DNA of 43,738 nucleotides, filler included, from Catajapyx aquilonaris (Eukaryota): the NCBI GenBank assembly GCA_000934665.2. It is 2 parts of 2 records of this genome, joined end to end, with 100 filler letters (N's around TTAATTAATTAA, not from the genome) between each part and the next. Parts side by side here need not be neighbours in the genome. Positions count along the whole stretch, not along the records: positions 1 to 21,799 come from JYFJ02005965.1; positions 21,900 to 43,738 come from JYFJ02005966.1. The stretch is one strand, 5' to 3'. The translations under genes were made by a program, and so were the position numbers. The notes under the pieces were generated by a model that saw only the letters and a program-made list of their open reading frames with translations, searched no databases and was not told the DNA's origin. Shown piece after piece: positions 15,301 to 26,025 of the stretch (position 1 is the stretch's first letter; the number at the start of each line of letters is the position of its first letter).

Positions 15301-18300
15301 TTACCGAATCGATGACGTCATTTGCAGAAATTGATGGCACATGTTAGCCGATCGCACGTGAACTTATTGCACTCAAAGTTCTTATAGGTCGCTCATTTAA
15401 AGCTCACGACATCTTCTTAATGATCGGATATTACAATTTTTTTAATTACCGGTACTTTCCGCTTTATACCCGACATGCCGGGGCAGAATTGCACTCCCTA
15501 CTCTGCCGAGGGCCAGGAAAAAAGGTCTGGTGTATTTCACCTAATGACTAAAAATTACAGCGCCCTCCCTTAGCGCCCCCTAAAACGGGGTTTTTTGTTC
15601 AAAAAATTACCGGTAATTGAAGTATGACATTATTGTGGTTACAAACATTCAGCTTAGCCATATTTTACTACTTTATCTCCTTAAGTTTGACCTACATTAT
15701 AGTTTGCTTATGCAGTCATATTAAACATCAAATAACTTCCGGCACATCCCGTAGTACTACGCTTCACGTAAACATTCTGGAGATGACAAATTACGTGTCA
15801 TACCCTATTTGCGTTTGGTGACATAAAAGGACATTGGCCCTACACATTTTCTTCTAGCAAGCGCTAACAAACCCTTCTATTGGGCTTTTCCAAGGCCGTC
15901 GCCAAAAAATGTTGCGGAAGTTTCAAAATCCCCGGACATAAAACCAAGGGGTTATCATTCGGTCCGATCTTATGCAGTATTCATGACCAGTCCCATTAGA
16001 CTTGTCCCGCTGTTTCCAAGCCCCACAACTGCTGAAATGTGAAACTGGTGCGACTGACCAATCATGAATCGCCTTTCCCATCGGAATTCCAAAAAAATCG
16101 ACCTACATACCCCGGCCATTTTTGCTTCCTGTTCCCCAAAATATTGCAGGTCAAAAGAACTTTTTTTTGACACATAAAAAACGAGGCCAAAGGGCAACAA
16201 AAATGGCCTGAATTCTAAAGTTTTGAACCATTCACGGTCGTTGCATCTACATTAATGAATGATAATGATCGTCCTCAATGTGTGGACAAAAAAAAAGCGG
16301 TGAGTCTGATACGATTCAAATGGTGGACTATTCGGTTTTTATAGGCTTGAAGATAGCTACACTCACGCAGTGTTTCAAGGTCTTAAAGTTGTTCCCCTAG
16401 AGTCGCCTTGTATCTATGCTTTTTGTGGAACAAGAGAGACACTTAAGTTGCATAGTGGTTAGGATGACTGCTGTTTCATACTTGTAGATAGTGGGAGGTA
16501 CTGGGTTCGATTCCCGGGCCGGCGATCCTGACCGTCCAGGATAATTCCGGGGTCGTTTCCCGTATAATACACTCTTAACCATTTACCTTCTCTAGAGAGG
16601 GTAAATGGTTAAGAGTGTAGGCTTCTTGGGTCCAACCAATGGTGGTATTCCACCCCCCTAATGGGATAAAATAAATAAATAAATAAAAAGATAGTGTTTG
16701 ATAATAATGTTTCACTGTAGATTTGTGNTTTGATAATAATGTTTCACTGTAGATTTGTGCTGAGCCTGGTTTCGGCTAACCTGCTGACGTCGGTGGTGGT
16801 GGTACCGGTGGTGCTGGTGCAGGTGGTACAGTCAGAGGTGACATCGTGGGGATGGTGGCGACAGAGTGTGTGCAGCCTCACTACCTTAGTGGTCATCGCT
16901 TCTGTCTTTTCTATCCTCCTGATTGCTGTGGATAGATATTATGCGGTCACTAGTCCGTTGCACTATTCCATGACTATTACAAGGCACAGGAGCAAGTTGA
17001 TGATTTTGGGTGTTTGGGTGGCTGCGTTTATACTGGCACTTCCGCCAGTGTTTATGGAGGAACAGTCTTTCACGTCGAGTTCTACGTGTTCGCCAACATC
17101 TTCTGCGATGGAAGAAGATATGTTTCCACATACCCAGAAGGTAAGTTAGTGTGTTGTGCCTTATGAGTTGGGTTCTGAAATATTTCTATTGCACAGCTAT
17201 GGTATGCCTTGGTATTGACTGTGTTTGGATTCGCGCTTCCTCTGGTGGTACTATGCTGGGTGTATGTGCGAATGTACCATGCAGCTCACAAGAACAGCGA
17301 GCGAACTCGAAGGCACAGCTTGTCCACCAACCCTGGTGAACTAGTAGACCCCGGTTCAATTCCGGGCACACCTGACCCATCTTATCAACACCAAGTGGCA
17401 TCGGCTGTCCATCACTATCACCATCCTCATCTGCACTACCTGAAGAACAAAAAGAACAGCACCAGTGGATCTGGAAGCAGCAATGGATACCGTCGGCGAA
17501 GCTCAAACGCCAGTTTCTCAGCCCTGTTCTTCCGTGAGGAAGGCAGGGCCGTGAAGACCGCTGTGATGGTCATTGCGTCCTTTCTGCTCTGCTGGACACC
17601 CTACTTTGTGACCATTCTGGGCGAAAGCAGCAGCATTCTTGCTGTGCGGATGCCGTCCATCTGCCGCTTCTTAGCTCTGGTGTCAGCTCTGAGCAGCGCG
17701 GCTTTAACACCGTTTATTTATGTGTACCGCAACGACACCGCAAGCTCCGAGGCCCTCAAGGTGAGATATACACCCATACGCCCTTCCTAGCCAGAAACAG
17801 TCAGGTTCAGACTTGTAAAAACCTGTGCTAACAAGTTCAATCCTGTTCATTCCGGTTGCGACAGGTTCAATCCTGTTCAATCCGGTTTCGACAGGTTCAA
17901 TCCTGTTCAATCCAGTTTCGACAGGTTCAATCATGTTCAATCCGGTTTCGACAGGTTCAATCATGTTCATTCCGGTTTCGACAGGATTTGACAAGTTCAA
18001 GCCGGTTATGGTTCTGAATGTTCCATCCTGACCATCTCTCAGGTATTGTGCTGGTGGAAGAAACGGGAGTCACCCACACCGTTTCCTCCAGCGACTCCTG
18101 CCAAAGGAAGCATCAGTGCTGGAGGAACTCCGGCGAAGACCTGGCTGGAGCAGGAGACCATTTCGGTGCACAGCCTAGGTTGCAGCCTGGACCTGCCGGA
18201 CGGGATTCGGGTTGTAGATGCCAGTGGTACCGGTGCTAACCAGCCTGATGCGGCGGCTGAACCAGCACATGGGGTTTTCAATGGTGTTCTGCCGCACCGT

Positions 18301-19457
18301 CCGTTCCGTCCGGTGGATGCTCTTCCTCCAGGTGAGATTTCTTGTGTGTAATGTTTGGGCATGTACTAATTTCGAGTTAGGTTACCAAGGCGTCAGCTTC
18401 CGTCTGGCTGGGATGCGGTCTCATCGGATCATGACATGCGTACGGCAGAACTCTGATTCGTCCGACAACAGCGAGAAACCATTACTAGGCTCAACTCAAA
18501 GGAGGGGTGAATCACTTAGCAGCTACCAAAGTTCATCTGTGGGAAGCAGCTTTGACACTGATGGTATCCCATATCCGTTGCCGTTAGCGGCTGCCCATAA
18601 CAGTCCGGATGACCACAGACGTCATCCACTTCTGAGGGCGTCCACTGTTGGGGACTGTCCGGTTGGTGTGCATCAGCGCTCACTTGGAAATGGCATGCAT
18701 GCTATTTCTTTGGACAATCTTCGGGCTCAATGCAAGGTCAGTACTATCCCACCAAAAACTGCTTTCTGTAAAAAAAAGGCCAAGTTTTCCTGACTGCTTG
18801 GCCGTCAAAAGTGGTGAGATCTGAAATAATTGCTATAATCATGTTTAATTCCCAAAATTGCAGGGTTCCCTAACTACATCCGGTCGTGTACGTCACATGT
18901 CCAACCCACGATCATGTATGAAGAGACAAGATTCAGGATGCAGCGCAGACAGTGGAGATGGTTCATTAGCTCTAGGAATTGACCTAGTCGGTAACAACTC
19001 AGAACATGAGGGTCGTCGAGAACGGGACAGAACATGTCCCAGACAGGACTCTAATTTTAGTGACATTTCTCAGAGGACAGTGGACAGTGGGGTTGTTGCT
19101 GACTTGTATCCGGGAAAGAGAAAACAGAAGCTTCAACGCTTAAGGGCTGTGGAAGACTATGAGGATGTGTTGGTGGAAGAAAGTGCTATGGATGAGGACA
19201 CATGTGGTGTCAGTCGTGGTTGGAGTGGTAGACGTGGTAAATGGAAGACATCCTCCAGTAAGTCCACTTCTTCGTTCAAATTGGAGAATAGTGACAAACC
19301 GGCCGATGAGGAGGGTAAGAAGAAAAGATCTAGGGGTACTTCGGCTGATGGTGCCAAATATTACCATAGAGCAAAGGCCAATGAAATTACAGCCAGGTTT
19401 AAATCCAGTTTTAAGGCAAAGTTTCAACGCTCGTCTTTTAAAGCTACTCACACTTAA
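3382..19457 (+). CDS. GPR161: Class A (rhodopsin-like) GPCR, GPR161-like; 7 coding exons, ~809 aa
   Basis: Exons 3382-3466, 12400-12553, 16753-17140, 17197-17760, 18043-18331, 18381-18736, 18864-19457. All have GT/AG junctions with matching phases (1,2,0,0,1,0) and total 2430 nt. N-terminus MEDDNVT (N-glycosylation sequon); TM1 ...LVGSLANCLVFVVFYRRPALRSLSNR; TM2 FVLSLVSANLL (N at 2.50, as in GPR161); IAVDRYYAV; TM6 CWTPY; TM7 TPFIY. The SNRFVLSL and DRYYAVxxPxxYxMxIT segments resemble GPR161 as I recall it. Exon 1 is the least certain part. Confidence 0.8.
4550..5072. repeat. Tandem repeat, ~184-bp unit, ~2.8 copies
   Basis: CTGAGATACGTCATGGTTGTTTATAACTTAAAGAGCAAAATTT recurs at 4565, 4749 and 4932 with a few substitutions. 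Confidence 0.92.
5865..6041. mobile_element. Partial copy of the CACTCTTAACC MITE family (right end intact)
   Basis: Ends in GGTAAATGGTTAAGAGTG-TA and contains repeated TTACCTT/AAGGTA subterminal motifs. The left TIR is not recognisable, so the left boundary is approximate. Confidence 0.6.
15456..15530 (+). mobile_element. Fragment of the body of the same SINE family as 40349-40629
   Basis: TTTCCGCTTTATACCCGACATGCCGGGGCAGAATTGCACTCCC...AAAAGGTCTGG aligns by eye to the reverse complement of ~40457-40533. Confidence 0.75.
16445..16689 (+). mobile_element. tRNA-derived SINE, interrupted by the 48-bp MITE
   Basis: A-box-like CATAGTGGTTAGG, B box GGTTCGATTCCC (~16504-16515) and a (TAAA)n tail at ~16667-16689. 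The 5' boundary is approximate. Confidence 0.7.
16570..16617. mobile_element. 48-bp TIR-only derivative of the same MITE family
   Basis: Near-perfect palindrome CACTCTTAACCATTTACCTTCTCTAGAGAGGGTAAATGGTTAAGAGTG flanked by TA/TA. Confidence 0.85.
17831..17985. repeat. Intronic minisatellite, 30-bp unit (three related 10-mers) x5
   Basis: ACAGGTTCAA TCCTGTTCAA TCCGGTTTCG repeated within GPCR intron 17761-18042. Confidence 0.92.
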
Positions 19458-21799
19458 ATTGTTCCGTTGTCATGAAACTTGAAGAAAATTTTGAGCTCAT
19501 TTTTCTGTCCGGTCTGATGGAAAGTTGCTTTCATCAGAATGGTTGTGGGCAATTATACAACAGGTTTTTATCTTACATTGCCAACGACAATGCTCAATGG
19601 CTGTGTCATTACATGCTTCTCGTTTTAGCGTTGCAGAAAGTCAACTCAAGACCATTTCTTTTAGGGGACCAATTATTTGGTAAACAAAACACGCGTCATG
19701 CCAAACTGCTACACTTAGCAACTGTTATGTACACACCCTAGACAATAGGTATTGTCTAAGGTACACACATTTAAAAAAATTTCAAATATGTTTTAATGTC
19801 GATGTAAACAAAGGACTGACCACAAGACTTGTTTTGTCAGCGCCAAGATTATTTAAATGTTGATTATTCTCTATTTAACTCAATGTGATTGCTATTTAAA
19901 GCTGTTAAAATTTTTGAACTTTTAAATAGGCGTGTCACGTAGTAGGCCACTTTTTATTTTTAACTTTATTTTATCGTGAGATGAATAGGTCCTTGTCCTC
20001 GCAAGGTCATGCCAGCAATCCATGACGACAATCTCGACCTGACATGACACGTAATCATGAATTTTGTAGTGTTCGTACCGAGTGTGTCATTTAAAAAAAA
20101 TGGTTCATAGTCATAGTTCATAGACTATCCAAACTCAAAACCAGATGTTTATGTCGAATCCTCATGCTGGCCATGATGATCAATAGTTATTTATAAATCC
20201 TATTAGTAGGAAAGCAGATTCAATGCATGTAGGTGTTATCTATTTATTGGATTAATTTATTTAATGGTGTAACTTCATTGGAATAGTGAGCAATAACATT
20301 ATTTTCGGTGTCATAGACCAGATTACAGGGTATAAAAAATTAGTTTGATCGTTAATTGTTGTTCAATTTCTAATTTCGATTTGAAAAGTATTGCCAGTTT
20401 TAAATGTGTGCGGGGAAAATTATTGTCCAAATGCTTCATACAAAAAAAAAAAAAAAAATGTGCACAATATTGCCATTACTGATGTACAGAGTGAATTCAA
20501 GGTTCGTCCAGTCATACCTAGTCAATCTTATTTTTCTGTAAGTATTAGAGGTTTTTTCATAATAATATTTATTTATGATGGTGTTAATATTTGATGTGTC
20601 AAGTGACATTTTGTCTCCAAAAATGATGAAGAGAAGAATTGCTGGGGGAGGTTAGTATGAAATGGCTTCCATTGTGAATTGCAAAACTTGTGAATGGAAG
20701 CGCATTAAAAATGCACGATATTTTTGTACCTGTGAAGTGTGCAGGACTACCTGAACTATGGAATAAAGGCGTGGGACGTATTATCAGCACGAGTTTTGTT
20801 GTGGGTGTCATTGGAAGCCTACCTGATATTGGGAATTTAAAAAATTGCGGGGGCTAATTCCTCGAAGTTTTTTGATCTGTGAATGGCTCATGTGCCATGA
20901 GATGATAACGTTGTTGGTTTCACAATTTCTTGGTAATTCTACAATGAGGGGGAATTCTTAGAAAATTCTTTGAACGTGACAGATGGTCTGAAGTAATCCT
21001 CAGTTCGTAGAATGAGATGAAAATATTTCATTTATCAAGCTTTTAATCCAGGAAATGAGACGCGTAACTTCTTACTTACAGTCGATTTACCCGAAGTTAA
21101 TTAAGAGGCTTAATTATTTGTTCCAGGAATCATTTTGAAAACCTAACTTCATCTAATTTTGTTTACCACTCCTCTAAAGAGAAGCAGGCGGCTTTCTTTT
21201 CAGCCAACAACATAGCTCCCAGTAAATATTGACGCAACTTTGCTGGTTTTGTTTGGGACATCATGGTGACAGGTAAGTCTTAATTAGTTTTGATGCAATA
21301 AAAATAGCTCTCATTTTTGAAATGAATGATTCTGTGTGATTTTATGTAAATTTTAAGCTATGTAAAGCTATGTAAAGATATGTAAAGCTATGTAAATTTT
21401 AAATATTTAAGTATACCGCATATATAAGCTTGGTCTACATTAAGGGTCAAGGTTGAAACTTGTGGAGCTGGCCTGCAGAATAATTTAGAAGGCTTCAAAG
21501 TTCTTCCACTTCTCCAGAAAGTGGTATTTACCAGCCTTATTGACATTCATTCTGCCAACTAGCTGTCACATTAAGATGGACAAGCAAGTTTGTGTGCTCT
21601 TCCCAAAGCCAATTTCATCAAGGTGAAGGTTTAATAGTTTGAGTAAACATTACTAACACGGCCATATTGCTAGGATAGTTCGCATCTAGGAGAAAAAAAA
21701 AGGTCAGGATTTTTTTGAACCTGCCCTCAATTTTAAATAAAACCGGATTCTTCGGCCATTAAACCGAAAATCTATCAGCCGAGTACAAAGTAAGCTCAT

Positions 21800-21899
21800 N
21801 NNNNNNNNNNNNNNNNNNNNNNNNNNNNNNNNNNNNNNNNNNNTTAATTAATTAANNNNNNNNNNNNNNNNNNNNNNNNNNNNNNNNNNNNNNNNNNNN
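21800..21899. other. Artificial contig-joining linker / assembly gap
   Basis: 44 N + TTAATTAATTAA (21844-21855, stop codons in all six frames) + 44 N = exactly 100 nt. Confidence 0.95.
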
Positions 21900-21962
21900 T
21901 GAATTTTTCATGTGCACCGCGAGAGATAGATGAGATTCACCTTCTTGTAAATCAATTCCTAG

Positions 21963-22727
21963 GTGAAGAACGCAAGCAGCTGGTCATCCCTTGCTCAGGC
22001 AACATCTCCACAGTCAAGTGCATCAAGTACCAAACTGAAGTCAGTGATGGACAGTTTCCAGCAGTTTAAGAAGCAAGCAAAAGAGAAGGCAGACCGGCAA
22101 AGAGCGCTTATAGAGCAACAGGAGATGCGTCGTTATCAAAAGGAGCAGGCAGAAAGGGAGAGGCTACGAGCAGAGACTGAGAGGAGGAGAGAGCGGGAGG
22201 AAGAGGAGGCATTGGAGAGGACCAGGAAGGCTGCACAGGAGCAGCAGCAGGCCCAGCAGCAGCAACAGGCAAAGGCTGCCACACCGCCCCAGGTGGTTCC
22301 TCCAATACCCTCGCCTAAAGTGGCACCTGCTGTGGTGGCAACACCTCCTGCGGTGGTTGCTGTGAAGCAAAGTGCGGTGAAACCTGTGTCACCGGCAGGG
22401 CAAGCAACAGGGAATGGAGGGGGTGGTGGAGGAGGTAACAGTCCTGGGATGCAGAAGTCAGCAGCAGAAAGAGAAAGGGAGAGGCTCCGGGAGCAGGACA
22501 GGAGGAGGAGAGAAGCGGTGAGTAGCGAAGCATACAGAGACTGCCTATTTTCAGTTATTTATTTGGCAGTGATATTTGTGACGTGACAAAACAAGCTTGC
22601 AGTATCGGTGAACATTGAAAGGTGTTGGGGACGACAATAATGGCATAAATTTAATTTCCAGATGGCGGGGCAGATAGACATGAATATGCAGAGCGACTTG
22701 ATGGCTGCTTTTGAGGAGACCTTATAA
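21963..22727 (+). CDS. BRD4: BET-family bromodomain protein (BRD4 / fs(1)h long-isoform type), last two exons only
   Basis: Exon 21963-22517 (ag|GTG...GCG|gtgagt) encodes VKNASSWSSLA...DSFQQFKKQAKEK...ERERLREQDRRRREA. Exon 22662-22727 encodes MAGQIDMNMQSDLMAAFEETL*, the conserved BRD4 C-terminal (P-TEFb-interacting) motif. The bromodomain and ET exons are absent from the window, which has the contig linker immediately upstream. Confidence 0.92.
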
Positions 22728-25700
22728 CGAATGCTGATGGGCATAAGCAAGACCGGACCAATTCGTTCGCTCTAAGATTGTACATGAATTAGTACACTTT
22801 CGATGGGGCTTGGGGAGGGAGGGGGGTACAACGTGGTACTGAAAAAAATTATGTAAATAATATTTGTGATACTGTCGCTGGAATGGTGGCGGCTGAAGCT
22901 GACAAGTGTGGACAGTGAGTGACAGTGGGATTTTTACCGAGGACATGATCATGTGAAAGAATGAGTGTTTATTTGTGTTCGCCACTTCAATTATTGTCAA
23001 ACATCCTAATTGTACATAGAGAGTAGCCTAATTTATTTGATAGAAGGCATGAGTTTGACAAACATTTGTTCCTCACCCCCATAATTATGTATGGCACAAT
23101 AGTTGACTTAGGAGTGGGTGGGAACAAAGCAAGTGGGTGGGAAGAACATTCTTTTTATATTTTCACCCAACCCACACGAATTGTTTAGTTGTTATAATTT
23201 ATTCATGAAATAGCTATATTTTCGTTGATATTTTTTGATTTAATTTGAATTTTTTTGGGTAGCCGACCAGAACAAACTTACCTTTGTTCATGCACATAAA
23301 TCTTGTCAGCCATTATGGGACATCCAATTTGTTATAGAGATAAAACGTATAGGATAAAAAGGATTAGTTCCAAGAACAGTGGTAACATCACATGGGAGCC
23401 CATAATCACCACCCCCACCCCCCTTCTGTTTAGCCCACCCCCTTTTTTATTGTTTTGTATTGTGCTTCATGCCCCCAACTCAATGGCACTGTCATGAAGT
23501 GTGTATGTGTGTGTGTGTGTGAAAAGTTTCCTTCTCCCTTGCAATTAGTTGTGCTTTGCAAGACGAGAAGCACTAATCCAACCCTGTAGGTGATACAGGT
23601 TTTGGTCTTGTTATGGCGTATTGTACATTTTTGTTAACTAGACTGAAAAGAGCCATGATTTTAAAAATCATTGTGTGGGGCCGAGAAATGGCCGCTTACA
23701 TTCTTCCATATTCTTTCCTTATTGGATGAACAGCCATGCAGTCACTTGGCAGGTGATTAGAGAAGCTGACTAGTGTACTTCTTTGGCAAAAATATTGTAT
23801 TATTGTTGAGAGTTGATTCACGAGTGTGTGACCAAATTGTGTTAAATGTGAAAAAAACAAAAACCCTTTTGTCCTGTATTAATTTATTGCAGTTGAAGGA
23901 TTTAAAAAAAGACCATACTTTGCTTTTGCCAGGATGCAAGAGAACCTTGATGAACTATTTCTGCAGTAAATTCTTGCTTTTTAATATTCGCCAGGATCAT
24001 TCCCATTACACTATTACCGCAGCATAGTTGATGAGGGTTCTTTTGCATGTTGATTTGGTTCCTTTCCAAGGTTTTTATTTTCCAATGAAAAGCTCAGGCA
24101 ACTAGATTTACTTTATAGGCATTGTTACATGTTATCTGCTCACCCGGCATAAATCTAGGTTGCGTCCAGTTTGTGGAGATGGAGAATAAAGGAAGTCAAT
24201 GATTGGGGGGAACAAAAAGTTTATGCTGTAATATTTAATTTACGAAGATAAAAAAACCGGTGTATTAACTTTAAAAAAACGATGTATTGACCCTGAGTGA
24301 AAGAAAATTATTTTCATAGCCGTCAGATTTTTGCAGTCATTCTTCGTTGGGGTTAGTTGTAGTGGGCTATTTGGGATACCTGTTGGGTTTTCTGGCAGCT
24401 GCAAGTGTGGCAAGGAAGACTCATAAAAAAGAATTGATTGCTCAAAGTTTCAATGTGAATGTTTTTAAACATGTCATTTGCTGGATGACTGAAAAGATTA
24501 GAAGAAGAAAAAAAAATGACTTGTATTAAATCTCTCCTGAAGTTATTTGAAATATGATGCTTTGCAGAGTATTCTGGTAACCCCCTGGCAAAAAAATTAG
24601 ATAAATGCTATCTAATGGCTACGCTGACATGACATTTTATTCTGAGGCTTGGAATTATTTACCAGAGCCATGGGTTGAGGATAGATTTTTCACGCGTGCA
24701 CATGGAAAGTTTGGTGACTTTGGGATTCGGAGCTTCGGATCATGTCGTGATTCAATTACATGTTGAACCTATCTATATGTCCTTGGCCACTAGTATACGA
24801 TTTTATTACAAGGCAGTATTAATTAGGGCAGGTCAATGAACTCATAATTGAATTTTCTCCAACTACTGTAATCAAGTAGCTTAAGTGTAATTGCCCACTA
24901 ACAGATAACTTGCCTTTCTTCTTCAACTGGCATGTTCAAAGTTCTGCTCGGGATGTATGATTTGCCAGTTACACATTGTAATGTCCTGGGACTATTTGCC
25001 TTCACTTTGAAGCAGGTTACAGCCATAATATATTTAAAAAGTAATAAAATTAAAAACCAATAAAATTATAAAATAACCACAAAAAATGTAGAGTTAGGGC
25101 TCCAGATTATGTTACTTGGGTGCATGTGAGGTAAATATCTTGCTGTAGCTTTCTGGGCAGTTTTTTCAACCAATCACCACCTGACCTCATAATTTAAATC
25201 AAGGGCAAGTTGTGGTGAGGGGGAGGAAGTGGTCATCTGTTTTCAACAAATCCCCAGTCAACTTCAGACTCATCCTACCTGAAAATACACACACACAAAA
25301 AAATAGCATTCCCCACATTATGGTGTTAAAAATACATCTAATCCTGTCCTGCATTACCTTTCATGTTTCCTCCAGCCTGTACATAGACTATATTACCATA
25401 TGCTATGGATTTCACTCTCACCTAGGAAGGGGTGGGTTAGAGGGTGGGGGAGTGGGGTGGGTAATAAATCATGACCAAACCTTTGTCCCTCCCAGAGAAA
25501 AATGATGAGAAGGAATAGTATAATCCTATATGAAAAATAAATGTGAAATATCTGCCACACTGTGCATGCCTGTACTACTAGGGAATTTGAAACAAAAATG
25601 TGTATGTTGTGATATACTCGTATCTCTTATGGTATACCATGATTTGTTTATAGTGATGGACGTTGAACTAACAAGTACATAAACTTGACGTTTAGCAATG

Positions 25701-26025
25701 AAAATGCCTCCTTTTTATTGCTGTTTGTGTGCATGCAGCGTGTTGTGTGTAACAGAACAAGTCCACTGCAATAACTCTTTTATTGTCCCATTTCTTTTTT
25801 AACTCTCAATCCTTAAAATTGGCTAAAACTTGTGCATGAAAATGCACTACATTTGCACTCAGTGCTTTAAACACATGCTGATTCATTTGGGGGTGGGAAG
25901 AACCAAAGAGAAAAAATAAATTGTCACTTGACATGGTCTATACACAACCCACTGCTTTCCAGCAACTATATAATCTTAGATGTGGCATTCCCTCTGCACT
26001 CCTGGAGAGGGGGCTGCCCTCTGGG

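Noticed and set aside
16698..16759. Direct duplication of ~31 bp including the GPCR exon-3 splice acceptor
   Set aside because: The copies are identical and separated by a single N, typical of an unmerged contig overlap. Not treated as tandem acceptors.
17831..17985. Possible CRISPR-like array
   Set aside because: Head-to-tail repeats with no unique spacers, in a eukaryotic intron, with no cas genes.
17704..18031. ORFs with repeated PVETG / NPVSTGSI peptides
   Set aside because: By-products of a 30-bp intronic minisatellite that lacks stop codons.
21844..21855. TTAATTAATTAA palindrome inside the N run
   Set aside because: Symmetric N44-12-N44 layout with stops in all frames marks a synthetic contig spacer, not biology.
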